From positions 1 through 64,000 of the forward strand of contig JAUCBJ010002979.1 of assembly GCA_032718475.1 (NCBI GenBank): DNA of 64,000 bases, read 5' to 3'. The notes below the pieces were generated by a model that saw only the letters and a list, made by a program, of their open reading frames with translations, had not been told where the DNA came from and ran no database searches. Position numbers and translations under genes: made by a program. Positions 63,570 to 64,000 of this stretch are shown piece by piece. Numbering within the stretch: the first letter of the stretch is position 1; the number at the start of each line of letters is the position of its first letter. Source of the stretch: Nemertoderma westbladi (taxonomy: Eukaryota > Animalia > Xenacoelomorpha).

Positions 63570-64000
63570 GGCATTGACAATCGTTGGGGGTGGGGGGCAT
63601 TGACAATCGTTGGAGGTGGGATGGGGGGCATTGACAATCGTTGGGGGGCGTGGCATTGACAATCGTTGGAGGTGGGGGGCATTGACAATCGTTGGGGGTG
63701 GGGGGCATTGACAATCGTTGGGGGGCGTGGGATTGACAATCGTTGGAGGTGGGATGGGGGGCATTGACAATCGTTGGGGGGCGTGGCATTGACAATCGTT
63801 GGAGGTGGGGGGCATTGACAATCGTTGGGGGTGGGGGGCATTGACAATCGTTGGGGGGCGTGGCATTGACAATCGTTGGAGGTGGGATGGGGGGCATTGA
63901 CAATCGTTGGGGGGCGTGGCATTGACAATCGTAGGAGGTGGGATGGGGGGCATTGACAATCGTTGGGGGGCGGGGAGTGGGGCATTGACAATCGTTGGGG
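63570..64000 (+). repeat. G-rich approximately 26-31-bp minisatellite, truncated by window end
   Basis: GGCATTGACAATCGTTGG core with variable G-rich tails (GGGTGGGG, AGGTGGGATGGG, GGGGCGT). Confidence 0.95.

Overview
AT-rich, repeat-dense genomic DNA from a eukaryote, probably an invertebrate animal; it is not prokaryotic. I reconstructed four genes by hand from GT-AG junctions and codon-phase continuity. (1) CCDC83-like gene (+), 8 exons at 3656-30406; its 5' exons were not found. (2) Intronless, divergent presenilin (+, 23933-25285) with intact catalytic motifs, nested on the same strand in a 16.4-kb CCDC83 intron. (3) Uncharacterised 7-exon gene (-, 50084-36630, about 818 aa) with repeated helix + LK(K/R)T-type (WH2-like) motifs. 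(4) The 5' part of FNBP4 (+, from 57426). Roughly 35-40% of the window is minisatellite; the rest includes MITE/foldback elements, RTE- and CRE-type LINE fragments and tRNA-like heads. The main unexplained pattern: the largest minisatellites start at or just after 5' splice donors, and each unit repeats a GT donor (in three of four cases with the exon 3' end) on the host gene's sense strand, giving about 100-140 tandem donors per intron. There are 4 strong and up to 4 weaker cases. In one gene the repeated donors stay in frame. Gene identities come from my recall of the protein families, not from a database search, and copy numbers are length/unit estimates.
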